Part shown: in pieces, positions 38,837-49,651 of the stretch | How positions within the stretch are numbered: position 1 is the stretch's first letter | Layout: each line of letters starts with the position of its first letter | NCBI GenBank assembly: GCA_963809895.1 | Contig: CAWELD010000010.1 | Span: forward strand, 96,001 to 160,000 | Length of the DNA stretch: 64,000 nucleotides | Source: an uncultured Gemmatimonadales bacterium | Lineage (GTDB): Bacteria; Gemmatimonadota; Gemmatimonadetes; Longimicrobiales; Gaopeijiaceae | Direction of reading: 5' to 3' | Notes under the pieces: generated by a model | The model's input: only the letters and a program-made list of their open reading frames with translations | The model's database searches: none | What the model was told of the DNA's origin: nothing | Program-made: the position numbers and the translations under genes

Positions 38837-40213
38837 GTGACCGACCCTATCGACGTCGAAGTCCAGAAACACGGCGAAGACTCCATCCAGCGCGAGGTGT
38901 TCGGCACCCGCCTGGGATTCGTGCTGGCGGCCGTGGGCAGCGCCGTGGGATTGGGGAACATGTGGCGCTTCCCCTACCGCGTGTCCGAAGGGGGTGGCGC
39001 GGCGTTCGTGCTCCTCTACGTGGGCATGACGCTCATCGTGGGCATCCCCCTCATGCTGTGTGAGTTCAGCGTGGGACGGCGCACCCGCCTGTCGCCCATC
39101 GGCGCCTTCAAGAAAGAGGGTGGAGGGGCGTGGCCGTTGGTCGGGTTCCTGGGCGTGCTCACCGGCTTCCTGATCCTGTCGTACTATTCGGTGATCGCCG
39201 GTTGGGTGGTGCGCTACGGCATCGAGGGGATTCTCGGGGGATTCCGGGCGGACCCGGGCGCCCACTTCAACGAGGTGACCTCGGGTATCTCGCCCATCAT
39301 CTATCACATCGGCTTCATGGTGGCCACCATCACCATCGTGGCCGTGGGGGTGGAGAAGGGGATCGAGAAGGCGTCGCTGGTCCTGATGCCGCTCCTCTTC
39401 ACCATCGTCCTCGGGCTCGCCATCTGGGCGGCGACGCTGCCGGGGGCCAGCGAGGGCTACTCGTTCTACCTCGCGCCCTCCATGAGCGAGCTCCTGGACC
39501 CCACCACCTTCGCCGAGGCGGCGGGGCAGGCGTTCTTCTCGCTGAGCCTGGGAATGGGGGCCATGCTCACCTTCGCCTCCTACCTGTCGCGCCACGAGAA
39601 CCTGAATCGCGAAGCCACCACCATCGCCTTCAGCGACTTCGCCGTGGCCTTCGTAGCCGGGCTGGTGGTCTTCCCGGTCATCGCGGCGCTGGCCCTCGAG
39701 TCGCAGGTGAGCTCCAGCACGGTGGGCGCGCTCTTCATCGCGCTTCCCGGCGCCTTCAACGAGATGGGCACCATCGGGCGCATCGTGGGCGTGGCCTTCT
39801 TCTTCGCCCTCACGGTGGGCGCCATCACCTCGGCGGTATCGCTGCTCGAGGTGGTGACGGCGTCCATGATCGACGAGTTCAAGATCCATCGGAAGTCGGC
39901 GGCCATCGGCGCCGGCGTGCTCATCGCCCTGGTGGGTTTGATTCCGGCGGAATCGCTGGACGCCCTGGGCGTGCTGGACTCGGTCACCGAGTGGTTCCTG
40001 GCCGTGGGCGCGCTGTGCGTCACGCTCTTCGTGGGATGGCGCATGAAGGATCCCAAGAAGGAGATGCTCGACGGGGCCAGCGGCTTCTTCGCCGCGGTGG
40101 TGCCGGCCATGCTCTTCTTCGTGCGCTTCGTCATGCCGCCGATCATCGCCTTCGTGGTCTTCCATTCGGGCCGGAACGCCTGGAACACGATCAGCACGAC
40201 CTTCGGCCTGTGA
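38837..40213 (+). CDS. Sodium-dependent transporter (NSS/SNF family)
   Basis: GSAVGLGNMWRFPY...GGAAF and GQAFFSLSLG. Confidence 0.95.
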   Translation: MTDPIDVEVQKHGEDSIQREVFGTRLGFVLAAVGSAVGLGNMWRFPYRVSEGGGAAFVLLYVGMTLIVGIPLMLCEFSVGRRTRLSPIGAFKKEGGGAWPLVGFLGVLTGFLILSYYSVIAGWVVRYGIEGILGGFRADPGAHFNEVTSGISPIIYHIGFMVATITIVAVGVEKGIEKASLVLMPLLFTIVLGLAIWAATLPGASEGYSFYLAPSMSELLDPTTFAEAAGQAFFSLSLGMGAMLTFASYLSRHENLNREATTIAFSDFAVAFVAGLVVFPVIAALALESQVSSSTVGALFIALPGAFNEMGTIGRIVGVAFFFALTVGAITSAVSLLEVVTASMIDEFKIHRKSAAIGAGVLIALVGLIPAESLDALGVLDSVTEWFLAVGALCVTLFVGWRMKDPKKEMLDGASGFFAAVVPAMLFFVRFVMPPIIAFVVFHSGRNAWNTISTTFGL

Positions 40214-40225
40214 GCCACTGAGGCC

Positions 40226-41269
40226 GTGCGTTTCGGGGGATTCGCGGCGTCCGCGGGGGCGCTGCTCCTGGTGCTCGGGGGATGCGGAGGCGGGGATCGC
40301 TCCGCGCCCGCCGACGCCGGGGGCGGCGCCCCGTTCCGTGTGGCGCTCCTGACGGCGGGTCCCGTGAGCGACGCGGGCTGGTACGCCGGCGCCTACGAGG
40401 GGCTGTTGCTCATCCGCGACTCGCTGGGCGCCGAGGTGAGCCACCAGCAGACGCGCACCCCCGCCGAGTTCGACGAGGCGTTCATCTCGTACGCCGGGGC
40501 CGGCTACGATCTCATCTTCGCCCACGGCTTCGAGTATCAGGACGCGGCCATCCGGGCCGGTGAGCAGTTTCCCGACGTCACCATCGTGGTGAGCGGCGGC
40601 GGCCGTGTCTCGGACAACGTGGTCCCCCTCATCTTCACCCTGGAGCAGGCGAGCTACCTCGGCGGCATGGTGGCGGGCGGCATGACCCGCGCGGGGGTCG
40701 TGGGGATGGTGGGTGGTGTGGAGATCCCGCCGGTGCAGGGCACCTTCCGGGCCTTCGAGGCCGGGGTGCACGCGGTTAGGCCCGACGCCCGGGTGCTGGA
40801 GAGCTACATCGGCAACTGGGACGACGTGGCCGCGGCCAAGGAGGCGGCGGTCACCCAGCTCCGACGCGGCGCCGACGTGCTCATCCACAACACCGACGCC
40901 GCCAGCTTCGGGGTCTTCCAGGCGGTACGCGAGGCCACCGAAGCCGGGGACACGGCGTGGGCCATCGGCATGAACCGGGACCAGAACGACGTCGCGCCGG
41001 ACGTGACGCTGGGGAGCGCCGTCATCCGCATTCCCGAGGCGTTCCTGGAGACCGCCGAGCTGTGGCAGGCCGGGGAGCTGGGAGGCGCGCCCATCTACGC
41101 CGGGGCCGCCGATCGAGTGGTGGACTTCGTGGTGAACCCGGCGGTCCGGGACCGCCTCCCTCCGGAGCTGCTGGCTCGCATGCGCGCGGCCGACGACTCC
41201 ATCCGGGCCGGTACCCTCGAGGTGCCCCGCGTGCCCTTTGTGGAGGGCGAGGGAGAGGGCGAGGGCTGA
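40226..41269 (+). CDS. BMP family ABC substrate-binding lipoprotein (nucleoside-type)
   Basis: Lipobox LGGC; GPVSDAGW, DLIFAHGFEY and YIGNWDD. Confidence 0.9.
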   Translation: MRFGGFAASAGALLLVLGGCGGGDRSAPADAGGGAPFRVALLTAGPVSDAGWYAGAYEGLLLIRDSLGAEVSHQQTRTPAEFDEAFISYAGAGYDLIFAHGFEYQDAAIRAGEQFPDVTIVVSGGGRVSDNVVPLIFTLEQASYLGGMVAGGMTRAGVVGMVGGVEIPPVQGTFRAFEAGVHAVRPDARVLESYIGNWDDVAAAKEAAVTQLRRGADVLIHNTDAASFGVFQAVREATEAGDTAWAIGMNRDQNDVAPDVTLGSAVIRIPEAFLETAELWQAGELGGAPIYAGAADRVVDFVVNPAVRDRLPPELLARMRAADDSIRAGTLEVPRVPFVEGEGEGEG

Positions 41270-41306
41270 CAGGACCCGCGCAGCAGGCCGGGGGTAGGCG
41301 GGCCCC

Positions 41307-42913
41307 ATGACTCCGGAGCCACCCCGTCCTCATCCCGACGCCGCCGTCTCCATGCGCGGCGTGCACAAGCGCTACGGGGCGGTGGTGGCGCTGGACGGGG
41401 CCGAGCTCGCGGCCCGGGTCGGCGAGGTCCACGCGGTCCTGGGCGAGAACGGGGCCGGCAAGACGACCCTGCTGTCGGTGCTGCCGGGATGGTGACGCCC
41501 GACGCGGGCGAGATCCGCCTGGGCGGCGAGGCGGTACTGCCGCGCACCCCCCGCGAGGCCTGGCGCCTGGGCGTGGGGATGGTCCACCAGCACTTCGCGC
41601 TGGTGCCGCGCCTGACCGTTCTGGAGAACCTCGCCCTGGGCCGTCGCGGCGGATGGGCCGGCCTCCGGCTGCCGCTGGACGAAGTGGCACGCCAGGCCAC
41701 CGCCCTGAGCGTGGAGACGGGTCTGGAGGTTCCGCTCGACCGTCGCGTGGAGGGCCTGGGCGTCGGAGACCGCCAGCGGGCGGAGATTCTCAAGGTGCTC
41801 CTGCGCGAGCCCCGGGTGCTCGTCCTGGACGAGCCCACGGCGGTGCTGTCGCCGCCCGAGGTCGACGCCCTGTTGGACCTGCTCGGACGGTTGGCGGGGC
41901 AGGGCAAAGCCGTGCTGTTGGTAGCCCACAAGCTCGACGAGGTCCTGGCCGTCGCCGATCGGGTGACGGTGCTGCGGGGTGGCCGCACGGTGCTCGAGGC
42001 TCCCCGGGCCGCGGTGGACGCCGGGCGGCTGGCCGACGCCATGGTGGGGAGCGGTGGGGCGGAACGGGCGGAGATCATGGGCGTCGAGGGTGGCGCCGCC
42101 ACCGCTCTGGAGGGTGACGCCGTCGGGGCTTCCTTCACGGCCCGGACCTCGCCCGCGTCACCGGAGACTCCCGCGTCACCCGAGATTCCCGCCACTGCCG
42201 TCGCCAATCTGGCGAACGTCCGTGTGGTTTCCGAAGGGCGTGACGCGTTACGTGGCGTGGACCTGGTCGTGCGTCGCGGCGAGATCGTGGGGATCGCCGG
42301 CGTGGAGGGGAACGGCCAACGCGAGCTGGCGTCCGTGTTGGCGGGACGACGGCTCCCGGACAGCGGGCAGGCGCGCATTCCGGCCGACCCCGCCTTCATC
42401 CCCCAGGACCGCGGTCGCGAGGGGCTGGTGGCGAGCTTCACGCTGGCGGAGAACCTCGCCCTGGCCCTGCAGCGGGATCCGGCGTACCGGCGCGGCCCAT
42501 GGCTCCGGTGGAAGAGCATCCGCGCGCGCACCGTCCGGGCGCTGGCGGATTTCGAGGTGCGGGCGCCGGGCCCGGACGCCCGGGCCGGTGCGCTCAGTGG
42601 CGGGAACCAGCAGAAGCTGGTGGTGGCGCGCGAGCTCGCCGGGGACCCGACGCTGCTGGTAGCCGAGAATCCCACCCGAGGCCTGGACGTGGCGGCCGCG
42701 GCCTTCGTGCACGCCCGTCTGCGGGAGCTGCGGGCCCGGGGCGAGAACGGTCCGGGCATCGTGCTGGTGTCGGCGGACCTGGACGAGATCCTGGCGCTGG
42801 CCGATCGCGTGCTGGTCATGGTGCGTGGCCGGCTCACTCCCGTGCCCGAGGCCGAGCGCACCCGTGCGGGCATCGGACGCCGGATGCTGGCCGGCGGAGA
42901 CCAGGCGCCGTGA
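41307..42913 (+). CDS. CUT2-type ABC ATP-binding protein with two NBDs, apparent frameshift near 41485
   Basis: GENGAGKTT; GMVHQHF, LDEPT, LSGGNQQK and PTRGLD. Confidence 0.9.
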
Positions 42914-43980
42914 GGCCGGCGTTGGCACGCGTGTGGCCCGCGCTGTCGGCGTTGGCCGCTCTGGCGCTGACGTTGGCGGTGGGCGCCGTCACGCTGGCGC
43001 TGGGCGGCTACCCTCCGGGTCGGGCACTGGCCGCCCTGGTGGGCGGCGCCTTCGGATCGACGCAGGCGGTGCTGTCCATCACGCTGGTGCGCACCGTACC
43101 GCTCCTCTTCACCGGTCTCGCCGTCGCGCTGGCCTTTCGCGCGGGCGTCTGGAACATCGGCGCCGAGGGGCAGCTCTACGCCGGCGCGGTGGCGGCCACC
43201 TGGGTCGGGCTGGTGGGAGGCGCGCTGCCGGCATGGCTGCTGGTCCCGGCCGTGCTGGCGGCGGCGCTGGCCGCCGGCGCTGCCTGGGCCGCGGTGCCCG
43301 CGCTCATGAAGCTCCGTCTGGGGGTGGGCGAGGTCATCACGACCCTGCTCATGAACTTCGTGGCCATCGACCTGGCCTCGTGGCTCGTGCACGGCCCGCT
43401 GCAGGAGAGCCGGGGCGTCTTTCCCCAGACCGATCCCATCGCCGAGGCCGCGCGCCTGCCCCGGCTGATTCCCGGCACGCGCCTGCACATGGGGTTGGCC
43501 CTCGCGCTGGCGGTGGCACTGGCCCTGTGGATCTTCCTGCGCTGGACCCGGGCGGGCTTCCAGGTGCGGGCCGCCGGGGCCTCGCCCGAGGCGGCCCGCG
43601 TGTCGGGGCGGGTCAACGCGAGCCGGGTCGTGCTGGGCGTGTTCCTGGTGTCGGGCGCGCTGGCGGGACTGGCCGGCGGCGTCGAGGTCAGCGGCGTCAC
43701 GTACGCCCTCTACGACAACCTGTCGCCGGGCCACGGCTACACGGCCATCGCGGTGGCGCTCCTGGCGGGGCTCCACCCGCTGGGCGTGATCCTGACCGCG
43801 CTTTTCTTCGGTGCCCTCGAGGGCGGTGCCGGCGCCATGCAGCGGGCGGCCGGGGTGCCGGCGGCCTGGGTGAGCGCCATGGAGGCGCTGGCCATTCTGA
43901 GCGTGTTGGCCGTGGACCGGAGCGTGCGCCGCTCGCTGCGCGGCGCCGGCAGCGGGGCCGGGGTCGGGAGGCGCTCGTGA
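42910..43980 (+). CDS. Nucleoside-type ABC permease 1
   Basis: FRAGVWNIGAEGQ, EVITTLLMNF and GYTAIAVALL. Confidence 0.9.
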   Translation: MRPALARVWPALSALAALALTLAVGAVTLALGGYPPGRALAALVGGAFGSTQAVLSITLVRTVPLLFTGLAVALAFRAGVWNIGAEGQLYAGAVAATWVGLVGGALPAWLLVPAVLAAALAAGAAWAAVPALMKLRLGVGEVITTLLMNFVAIDLASWLVHGPLQESRGVFPQTDPIAEAARLPRLIPGTRLHMGLALALAVALALWIFLRWTRAGFQVRAAGASPEAARVSGRVNASRVVLGVFLVSGALAGLAGGVEVSGVTYALYDNLSPGHGYTAIAVALLAGLHPLGVILTALFFGALEGGAGAMQRAAGVPAAWVSAMEALAILSVLAVDRSVRRSLRGAGSGAGVGRRS

Positions 43981-44909
43981 GCGACGCCGGTCTGCTCACG
44001 CCCTTCCTGGAGGCGGCCGTCCGGCTGGCGGCGCCGCTGGCGCTGGCGGCGCTGGGCGAGACCGTCTCCGAACGCAGCGGCGTCATCAACATCGGCCTCG
44101 AGGGATCCATCATCGCGGGCTGCCTGGGAGGCGCGCTGGCGGCGCTGGCCACGGGCTCGCCCGCGGTGGGCGTGGCCGGAGGCGCTGCGGCGGGCCTCGC
44201 GGTGGCGGCGATCTTCGCCGTGTTCGCCGTGGGCCTCAACACCGATCAGATCATCACCGGCACCGCGGTCACCCTCGGTGGCTTGGGCTTCACCGCGGTC
44301 ATCTACCAGGCCCGCTTCGGCGCCACCGGCACCGCCCTCACGCTCCCCACCCTGGAGGCCTGGGCCGTGCCGGGCCTGTCCCGCGTGCCCGTGATCGGCT
44401 CGGTCTTCTTCACCCAGGCGCCCACGGTCTATGTCGCCTACCTGGCGGCGCCGCTGCTGTGGTGGCTCCTGCGGCGCACGAGCTGGGGGCTGGAGCTGCG
44501 CGCGGCCGGCGAGGATCCCGAGGCCGCAGTCGCCGCCGGCGTGCGGGTGCGCTGGCTCCGTTTCTGGGCCTGCCTGCTGGCCGGCGCCCTGGCCGGGGTC
44601 GCCGGTGCGCATCTGGCGCTGGCCTACACCGGGACCTTCTCCGAGGGCATGTCGGCGGGGCGCGGCTTCATCGCCATCGCGGTGGTGGTGCTGGGGCGCT
44701 GGAATCCCCTCGGCGTGCTGTTGGCGGCCTTCTTCTTCGGGGCCGCGTCGGCGCTCCAGTTCTTCCTGCAGACCCTGGGGCTGGACGTCGGGTATCAACT
44801 TTTTCTGGCCCTCCCGTATGCCCTCACCCTGGCGGCCCTGGCCGGCTGGGTGGGCCGCGCGCGGGCCCCGGCGGCGCTGGCGCTGCCCTGGCCACGAGAA
44901 GACGAATGA
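43977..44909 (+). CDS. Nucleoside-type ABC permease 2
   Basis: ERSGVINIGLEG, RAAGEDP and GRGFIAIA...GRWNP. Confidence 0.9.
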   Translation: MSDAGLLTPFLEAAVRLAAPLALAALGETVSERSGVINIGLEGSIIAGCLGGALAALATGSPAVGVAGGAAAGLAVAAIFAVFAVGLNTDQIITGTAVTLGGLGFTAVIYQARFGATGTALTLPTLEAWAVPGLSRVPVIGSVFFTQAPTVYVAYLAAPLLWWLLRRTSWGLELRAAGEDPEAAVAAGVRVRWLRFWACLLAGALAGVAGAHLALAYTGTFSEGMSAGRGFIAIAVVVLGRWNPLGVLLAAFFFGAASALQFFLQTLGLDVGYQLFLALPYALTLAALAGWVGRARAPAALALPWPREDE

Positions 44910-44932
44910 GCGCCTCTGAGGGCGCCTCATGC

Positions 44933-44960
44933 TTGAACCATTGACCGGGAAAGCTAGCTT
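44933..44960 (+). promoter_or_regulatory. Putative sigma70 promoter, probably leaderless
   Basis: TTGAAC-16 nt-TAGCTT-6 nt-ATG (44967), no Shine-Dalgarno. Confidence 0.5.
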
Positions 44961-44966
44961 CGATCC

Positions 44967-47711
44967 ATGTCTACGACCCGAGCCGTGCGATCCTCCCGCG
45001 TCCGGCGCGCCCTTGGTGGCGGCCTGACGTCTCTCCTCCTCCTCTTCGTCTCCACCCTCTCCGCCGCGGCGCAACAGGTGCCGCTGGAGCGGGGCGTCAC
45101 CGGCACCGCGCTGGATCTGCGGCGGCTGGACGGCGTCAAGCGGGTGCTGATGATCGGCGCCCATCCCGACGACGAGGACACCTCGCTCCTCACCACGCTG
45201 TCCCGGGGGATGGGGGTCGAGACGGCCTACCTGGCCCTGACCCGGGGCGACGGGGGTCAGAACCTCATCGGGCCCGAGCTGTTCGAGGGATTGGGGGTGG
45301 TGCGCACCGGCGAGCTGCTGGCGGCGCGCAAGCTGGACGGCGGCCGCCAGTTCTTCACCCGGGCCTTCGACTACGGGTTCAGCAAGAGCGCCGACGAGGC
45401 CCTGAGCTTCTGGCCCGAAGAGAAGCTGCTTCGCGACGTGGTGTGGGTGGTCCGCAAGTTCCGGCCGCAGGTCATCGTGTCGGTGTTCTCGGGCACGCCC
45501 GCCGACGGGCACGGCCAGCACCAGGCCGCGGGAATCGTGGCCCAGGAGGTCTTCTCGGCGGCCGCCGATCCCACGAAATACCCGGAGCAGCTCTCCATGG
45601 GCGTGGAGACCTGGCAGGCCAGCAAGCTCTACCGCCTGAACCGCAGGGTGGAGGGTCCGCCCCCCATCACCATGGAGACGGGCACCTGGGATCCGGTGCT
45701 GGGGCGCTCGTATTTCCAGCTCGCCATGGAGAGTCGGAGCCAGCACCGCTCGCAGGACATGGGCCAGTCCCAGCCGCTGGGGCCCCGTGCGTCGTCGCTG
45801 GTGCTCATCAACAAGGCTCCCGACGTGGACGTCTCCACCGACGCCGCCTTCTTCGCCGGGGTCGACACGACCCTGGCCGGGCTCGCCGACGATCTCACCC
45901 CGGCCGCCGGCCGTGCGGTGCTGGGCGATGCCGAGGGCTACCGCGAGGAGCTGACCCGGGCCGAGGGCATGTTGTCGGCCACGGATCCGGAGGCGGTGGT
46001 GCCGGCCCTGGCCGAAGCCCGGGCGCATCTGGTGAGCGCGCTGGCCGCGACGGCCACCGATCCCGAGGGGGGCGACGTGCGGACCGTGCTCTCTCACCGG
46101 CTGCAGGAGCTCGACGAGACCATGGTCGCCGCCGCCGGTGTGGTGATCCGGGCCCGCGTCGACGACGGGCTCGTGGTGCCCGGCGACACGGTGAACGTCA
46201 TGGTGGAGGTCTGGAACGGCGGCGGGCTCGACATGGCCGACGTGAAGCCCGGGCTGGACCTGCCGCGGGGCTGGCGGGTGGCGGACGTGACCGCGGCAGC
46301 CGACGACGGACGTGACAACGGCTTCTTCGGCCGTTCACCTTCAGCGTCTCTGTCCGATGATGGCGGCGTGCCGGCGGGGCAGGTGGCCCGCTGGCGATTC
46401 GCCGTGAGCGTGCCCCCCGACGCCGACCTCTCCAGGCTCTACTACCGCCTTCGCCCCCGCGACGGCGAGATGTATCAGTGGCCGCAGGACCGGCCGGACC
46501 TGTGGGCGCTGCCCAAGGACCCGGCGCCCATGCACGCCCACGTGACCTTCCGCCTGGGCGACGGCACGGGCGGGCTCCTGTCGGTGGAGCGGGAGGCCCG
46601 CTACATCGGCGTGGACAAGGCCACCGGCGAGTACAGCGAGCCGGTCCTGGTGGTGCCGACGGTGTCGGTGGCGGCGTCTCCGGCGTCCATGGCCTGGCCC
46701 GCCGGCATGAAGGAGACCCGCGAGATCACCGTGGAGCTCCGGGGCGAGGCCCGGGCCAGCGGCTCGGTGCGGTTGGATGCGCCCACGGGCTGGCAGGTGG
46801 AGCCCGCATCGGTGCCGTTCCGGTTCGACGAGCCGGGCCAGAGCCGCACCGTGGCCTTCCACGTCACGCCCGACGGGGTCAGCCAGGGGCGTTCCAGCTT
46901 CCAGGCGGTGGCCACGCTGGACGACGGCCGCACCTACGCCGAGGGCTACTCGCTCATCGACTATCCCCACATCGAGCGCACCGCCTTCTTCGAGCCGGCG
47001 GTGGCCAACGTCACCGTTGTGCCCGTGAAGATCGCCGACGGCCTCAAGGTGGGCTACATCATGGGCTCCGGCGACGACGGCGTGGAGGCGCTGCGCCAGC
47101 TCGGCGTGGACGTCGAGGTGCTCGGTCCCGAACGCGTGCGCAGCGGCGATTTCCAGGGGCTGGACGCGCTGGTCCTGGGGATTCGCGCCTACGAGACCCG
47201 TCCGGACCTGGTGGCGGCCAACGATCAGGTGCTGGCCTTCGCCCGGGCTGGGGGCAGCGTGCTCGTGCAGTACAACAAGTACGAGTTTCCCAACGGCGAC
47301 TTCGCCCCGTATCCGGTCTCCATGGGCCGCGGCGCGCCCAGGGTCACCGACGAGCACTCACCGGTGAAGATGCTGGACCCGAACTCGCCGGTGTTCAGCA
47401 CGCCCAACCGCATCACCCAGGAAGACTTCCAGGGATGGGTGCAGGAGCGGGGGCTCTACTTCCTGGCCGAGTGGGACGATCACTTCATGCCTCAGCTCGA
47501 GCTCACCGATCCCGGTGAGGATCCCACGGACGGCTCCATCCTGGTCGCACCGGTGGGCGACGGCCTCTACACCTACGCCGCGCTGTCCTTCTTCCGGCAG
47601 TTCCCGGCGGGGGTGGCAGGGGCGTACCGGCTGTTCGCCAACCTGGTGTCGTTGAACGCCGATACCTGGCATCGGTACCTGGAGTCGATCGGGCGGCCGA
47701 TCAGCCAGTAG
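44967..47711 (+). CDS. Secreted PIG-L/LmbE family deacetylase with Ig-like (NEW3-type) and C-terminal domains
   Basis: AHPDDED, TRGDGGQN, HGQHQ and RSQHRSQ; GAYRLFANL ending. Confidence 0.9.
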   Translation: MSTTRAVRSSRVRRALGGGLTSLLLLFVSTLSAAAQQVPLERGVTGTALDLRRLDGVKRVLMIGAHPDDEDTSLLTTLSRGMGVETAYLALTRGDGGQNLIGPELFEGLGVVRTGELLAARKLDGGRQFFTRAFDYGFSKSADEALSFWPEEKLLRDVVWVVRKFRPQVIVSVFSGTPADGHGQHQAAGIVAQEVFSAAADPTKYPEQLSMGVETWQASKLYRLNRRVEGPPPITMETGTWDPVLGRSYFQLAMESRSQHRSQDMGQSQPLGPRASSLVLINKAPDVDVSTDAAFFAGVDTTLAGLADDLTPAAGRAVLGDAEGYREELTRAEGMLSATDPEAVVPALAEARAHLVSALAATATDPEGGDVRTVLSHRLQELDETMVAAAGVVIRARVDDGLVVPGDTVNVMVEVWNGGGLDMADVKPGLDLPRGWRVADVTAAADDGRDNGFFGRSPSASLSDDGGVPAGQVARWRFAVSVPPDADLSRLYYRLRPRDGEMYQWPQDRPDLWALPKDPAPMHAHVTFRLGDGTGGLLSVEREARYIGVDKATGEYSEPVLVVPTVSVAASPASMAWPAGMKETREITVELRGEARASGSVRLDAPTGWQVEPASVPFRFDEPGQSRTVAFHVTPDGVSQGRSSFQAVATLDDGRTYAEGYSLIDYPHIERTAFFEPAVANVTVVPVKIADGLKVGYIMGSGDDGVEALRQLGVDVEVLGPERVRSGDFQGLDALVLGIRAYETRPDLVAANDQVLAFARAGGSVLVQYNKYEFPNGDFAPYPVSMGRGAPRVTDEHSPVKMLDPNSPVFSTPNRITQEDFQGWVQERGLYFLAEWDDHFMPQLELTDPGEDPTDGSILVAPVGDGLYTYAALSFFRQFPAGVAGAYRLFANLVSLNADTWHRYLESIGRPISQ

Positions 47712-47717
47712 CGTCGC

Positions 47718-49395
47718 TCAGGTCCGCCTGGGCACCGCTACGCTGACGGCCACGCCCACACCCACGACGACCGCCACGCCGACGACGTTGTACCACAGGA
47801 AGGAGATCTCCGCCCCGCCGAAGGCGACGGCGCCCACGGCGAACATCCCCACGATGAGGCCGACGAAGGCGGCCCAGCCGCCTGCCCAGGGGATCATGGC
47901 GAGGAGGAAGACGCCCAGGATCAGGCCGTAGAAGAACGAGCCGAAGCGGTTCACCACCTCGATGAGGGATCCCAGGGTGGCGGCGTAGGTGGCGACCACG
48001 CAGGCGAAGAGCCCCCAGAAGCCCGTGGCGACCTTGGAGACCGTGAGGTAGTGGGCGTCCGAGGCCTCGGGCTTGACCCAGCGCCGGTAGAAGTCGATGA
48101 CCGTGACCGTAGAGAGCGAATTCAACTCGGCTGCGATGGACGACATGGCGGCGGCGATGACGCCGGCGATGAAGATTCCCGCCAGCCCGATGGGGAGCTC
48201 GCGCAGCACGAAGGACGGGATGATGTAGTTCACGTCCTCGCTGGACTCACCCGTGACGTCCTCGGCCAGGGCCAACGCCTGCGAGCGGACGTCTTCCACG
48301 GTGGCCTCGCGGGCCTCGAAGGCCTGCATGGCGGTAGCCGCGCCGGCGGCATCTCCCGCGTCGCGGGCGTCGGCCACGTCGCGCGCCGCGGCCTCGCGCT
48401 GCTGGAACGCCACCTGGAAGCGGTCCTCGAGCTCCTGATAGAGCGGACCGCGCTCTGCCACCACCTGCGCTTCCTGCGCCGGGATTGAAGAGGAGGGGTG
48501 GCGTCTTGAAGATGTAGTAGACGAACACCAGGACGCCCACCAGCAGGACCAGGGCCTGGAGGGGGATCTTCCAGTACGCGCTCATGAGGAGCGAGCTGCG
48601 GGCCTCGTTCACCGAGCGCGCGGTGAGATAGCGCTGGACCTGGCTCTGGTCGGTGCCGAAGTACGAGAGCATGAGGAAGGTCCCGCCCAGGATCCCCGAC
48701 CAGAAGGTGTAGGTCTCGTTCAGGTTGAACGAGAAGTCGAAGACCTTGAGCCGGCCCGTGGAGCCGGCGATGCGGAGGGCGTCATCGGGCGTGACCGGCA
48801 TCTTGATGAGCAGCACCGCCACGATGGCCACCAGCGCCACCACGATGAGCACCATCTGCTTCACGTCGGCCCAGGTGACCGCCTGCACCCCGCCGATCAT
48901 GGTGTAGATGACCGTGGGAATCCCGATCAGGGCCACGGCCCAGGGCAGGCTCCAGCCGAAGATGGCCGAGAAGACCACAGCCGGCGCGGCGATGATGACG
49001 CCGCAGGACATCCCCCTGGACATCAGGAAGAGAAAGCTCGTCAACGAGCGGGTCTGGGTGTTGAAGCGGCCCTCGAGGTATTCGTAGGCCGTGTAGACCC
49101 GGGAGCCGTGCAGGAAGGGCACCAGGGTGACCCCGAGGATCACCATGGCGATGGGCAGCCCGAAGTAGAACTGCACGAAGCGGAGCCCGTCCGTGGCGCC
49201 CTGACCCGTGGTGCCGATCATGGTGACGGCCGAGAGCTGGGTCGCCATGACCGAGAGCCCCACCGCCCACCAGGGCAGGCTGCGGTTGGCCAGGAAGTAG
49301 CCCTCGATCTCCTTGGTGCCCCGGGACCGGCGCACCCCGTCCACCAGCACGTATCCGACGTAGACCGCGACGATGATCCAGTTGATGGGATGCAT
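47718..49395 (-). CDS. Sodium:solute symporter (SSS), apparent frameshift near 48478
   Basis: [21 protein letters not shown] and [17 protein letters not shown]...LNSL in the second frame. Confidence 0.9.
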
Positions 49396-49404
49396 GGCGT
49401 CGCG

Positions 49405-49563
49405 CTAGCTCAGGTCGTAGCTGGCCTGGAGCAGCCACAGCAGGAGCAGCGTGACCACCTGCACGGCCATCACCTTGACCAGGGTGCGGCGGAAGGTCGA
49501 TCGATCGGCGGGGGGATCGCCCGATGGTCGGGCGTCGCGGGTGGCTTCGTCGGGAGGGGTCAT
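49405..49563 (-). CDS. Small single-TM protein upstream of the SSS gene
   Basis: RBS-less ATG at 49563; FRRTLVKVMAVQVVTLLLLWLLQASY; 9-bp gap to the SSS start. Confidence 0.6.
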   Translation of the reverse strand: MTPPDEATRDARPSGDPPADRSTFRRTLVKVMAVQVVTLLLLWLLQASYDLS

Positions 49564-49651
49564 GGCGGGAGAAGCTCCGGCGAAGCGGGCGTGGGCGCAA
49601 GGTGGAATCCCCGCGCCCACGCCCGTCAGGGTCGGTCCTCCGCGTCTCGGG

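Noticed and set aside
41307..41495. Programmed frameshift or true pseudogene status for the split genes
   Set aside because: No consistent slippery motif; the scatter across unrelated genes fits sequencing error.
44906..44930. Hairpin after ABC permease 2 as an intrinsic terminator
   Set aside because: Short bulged stem with no U-tract.
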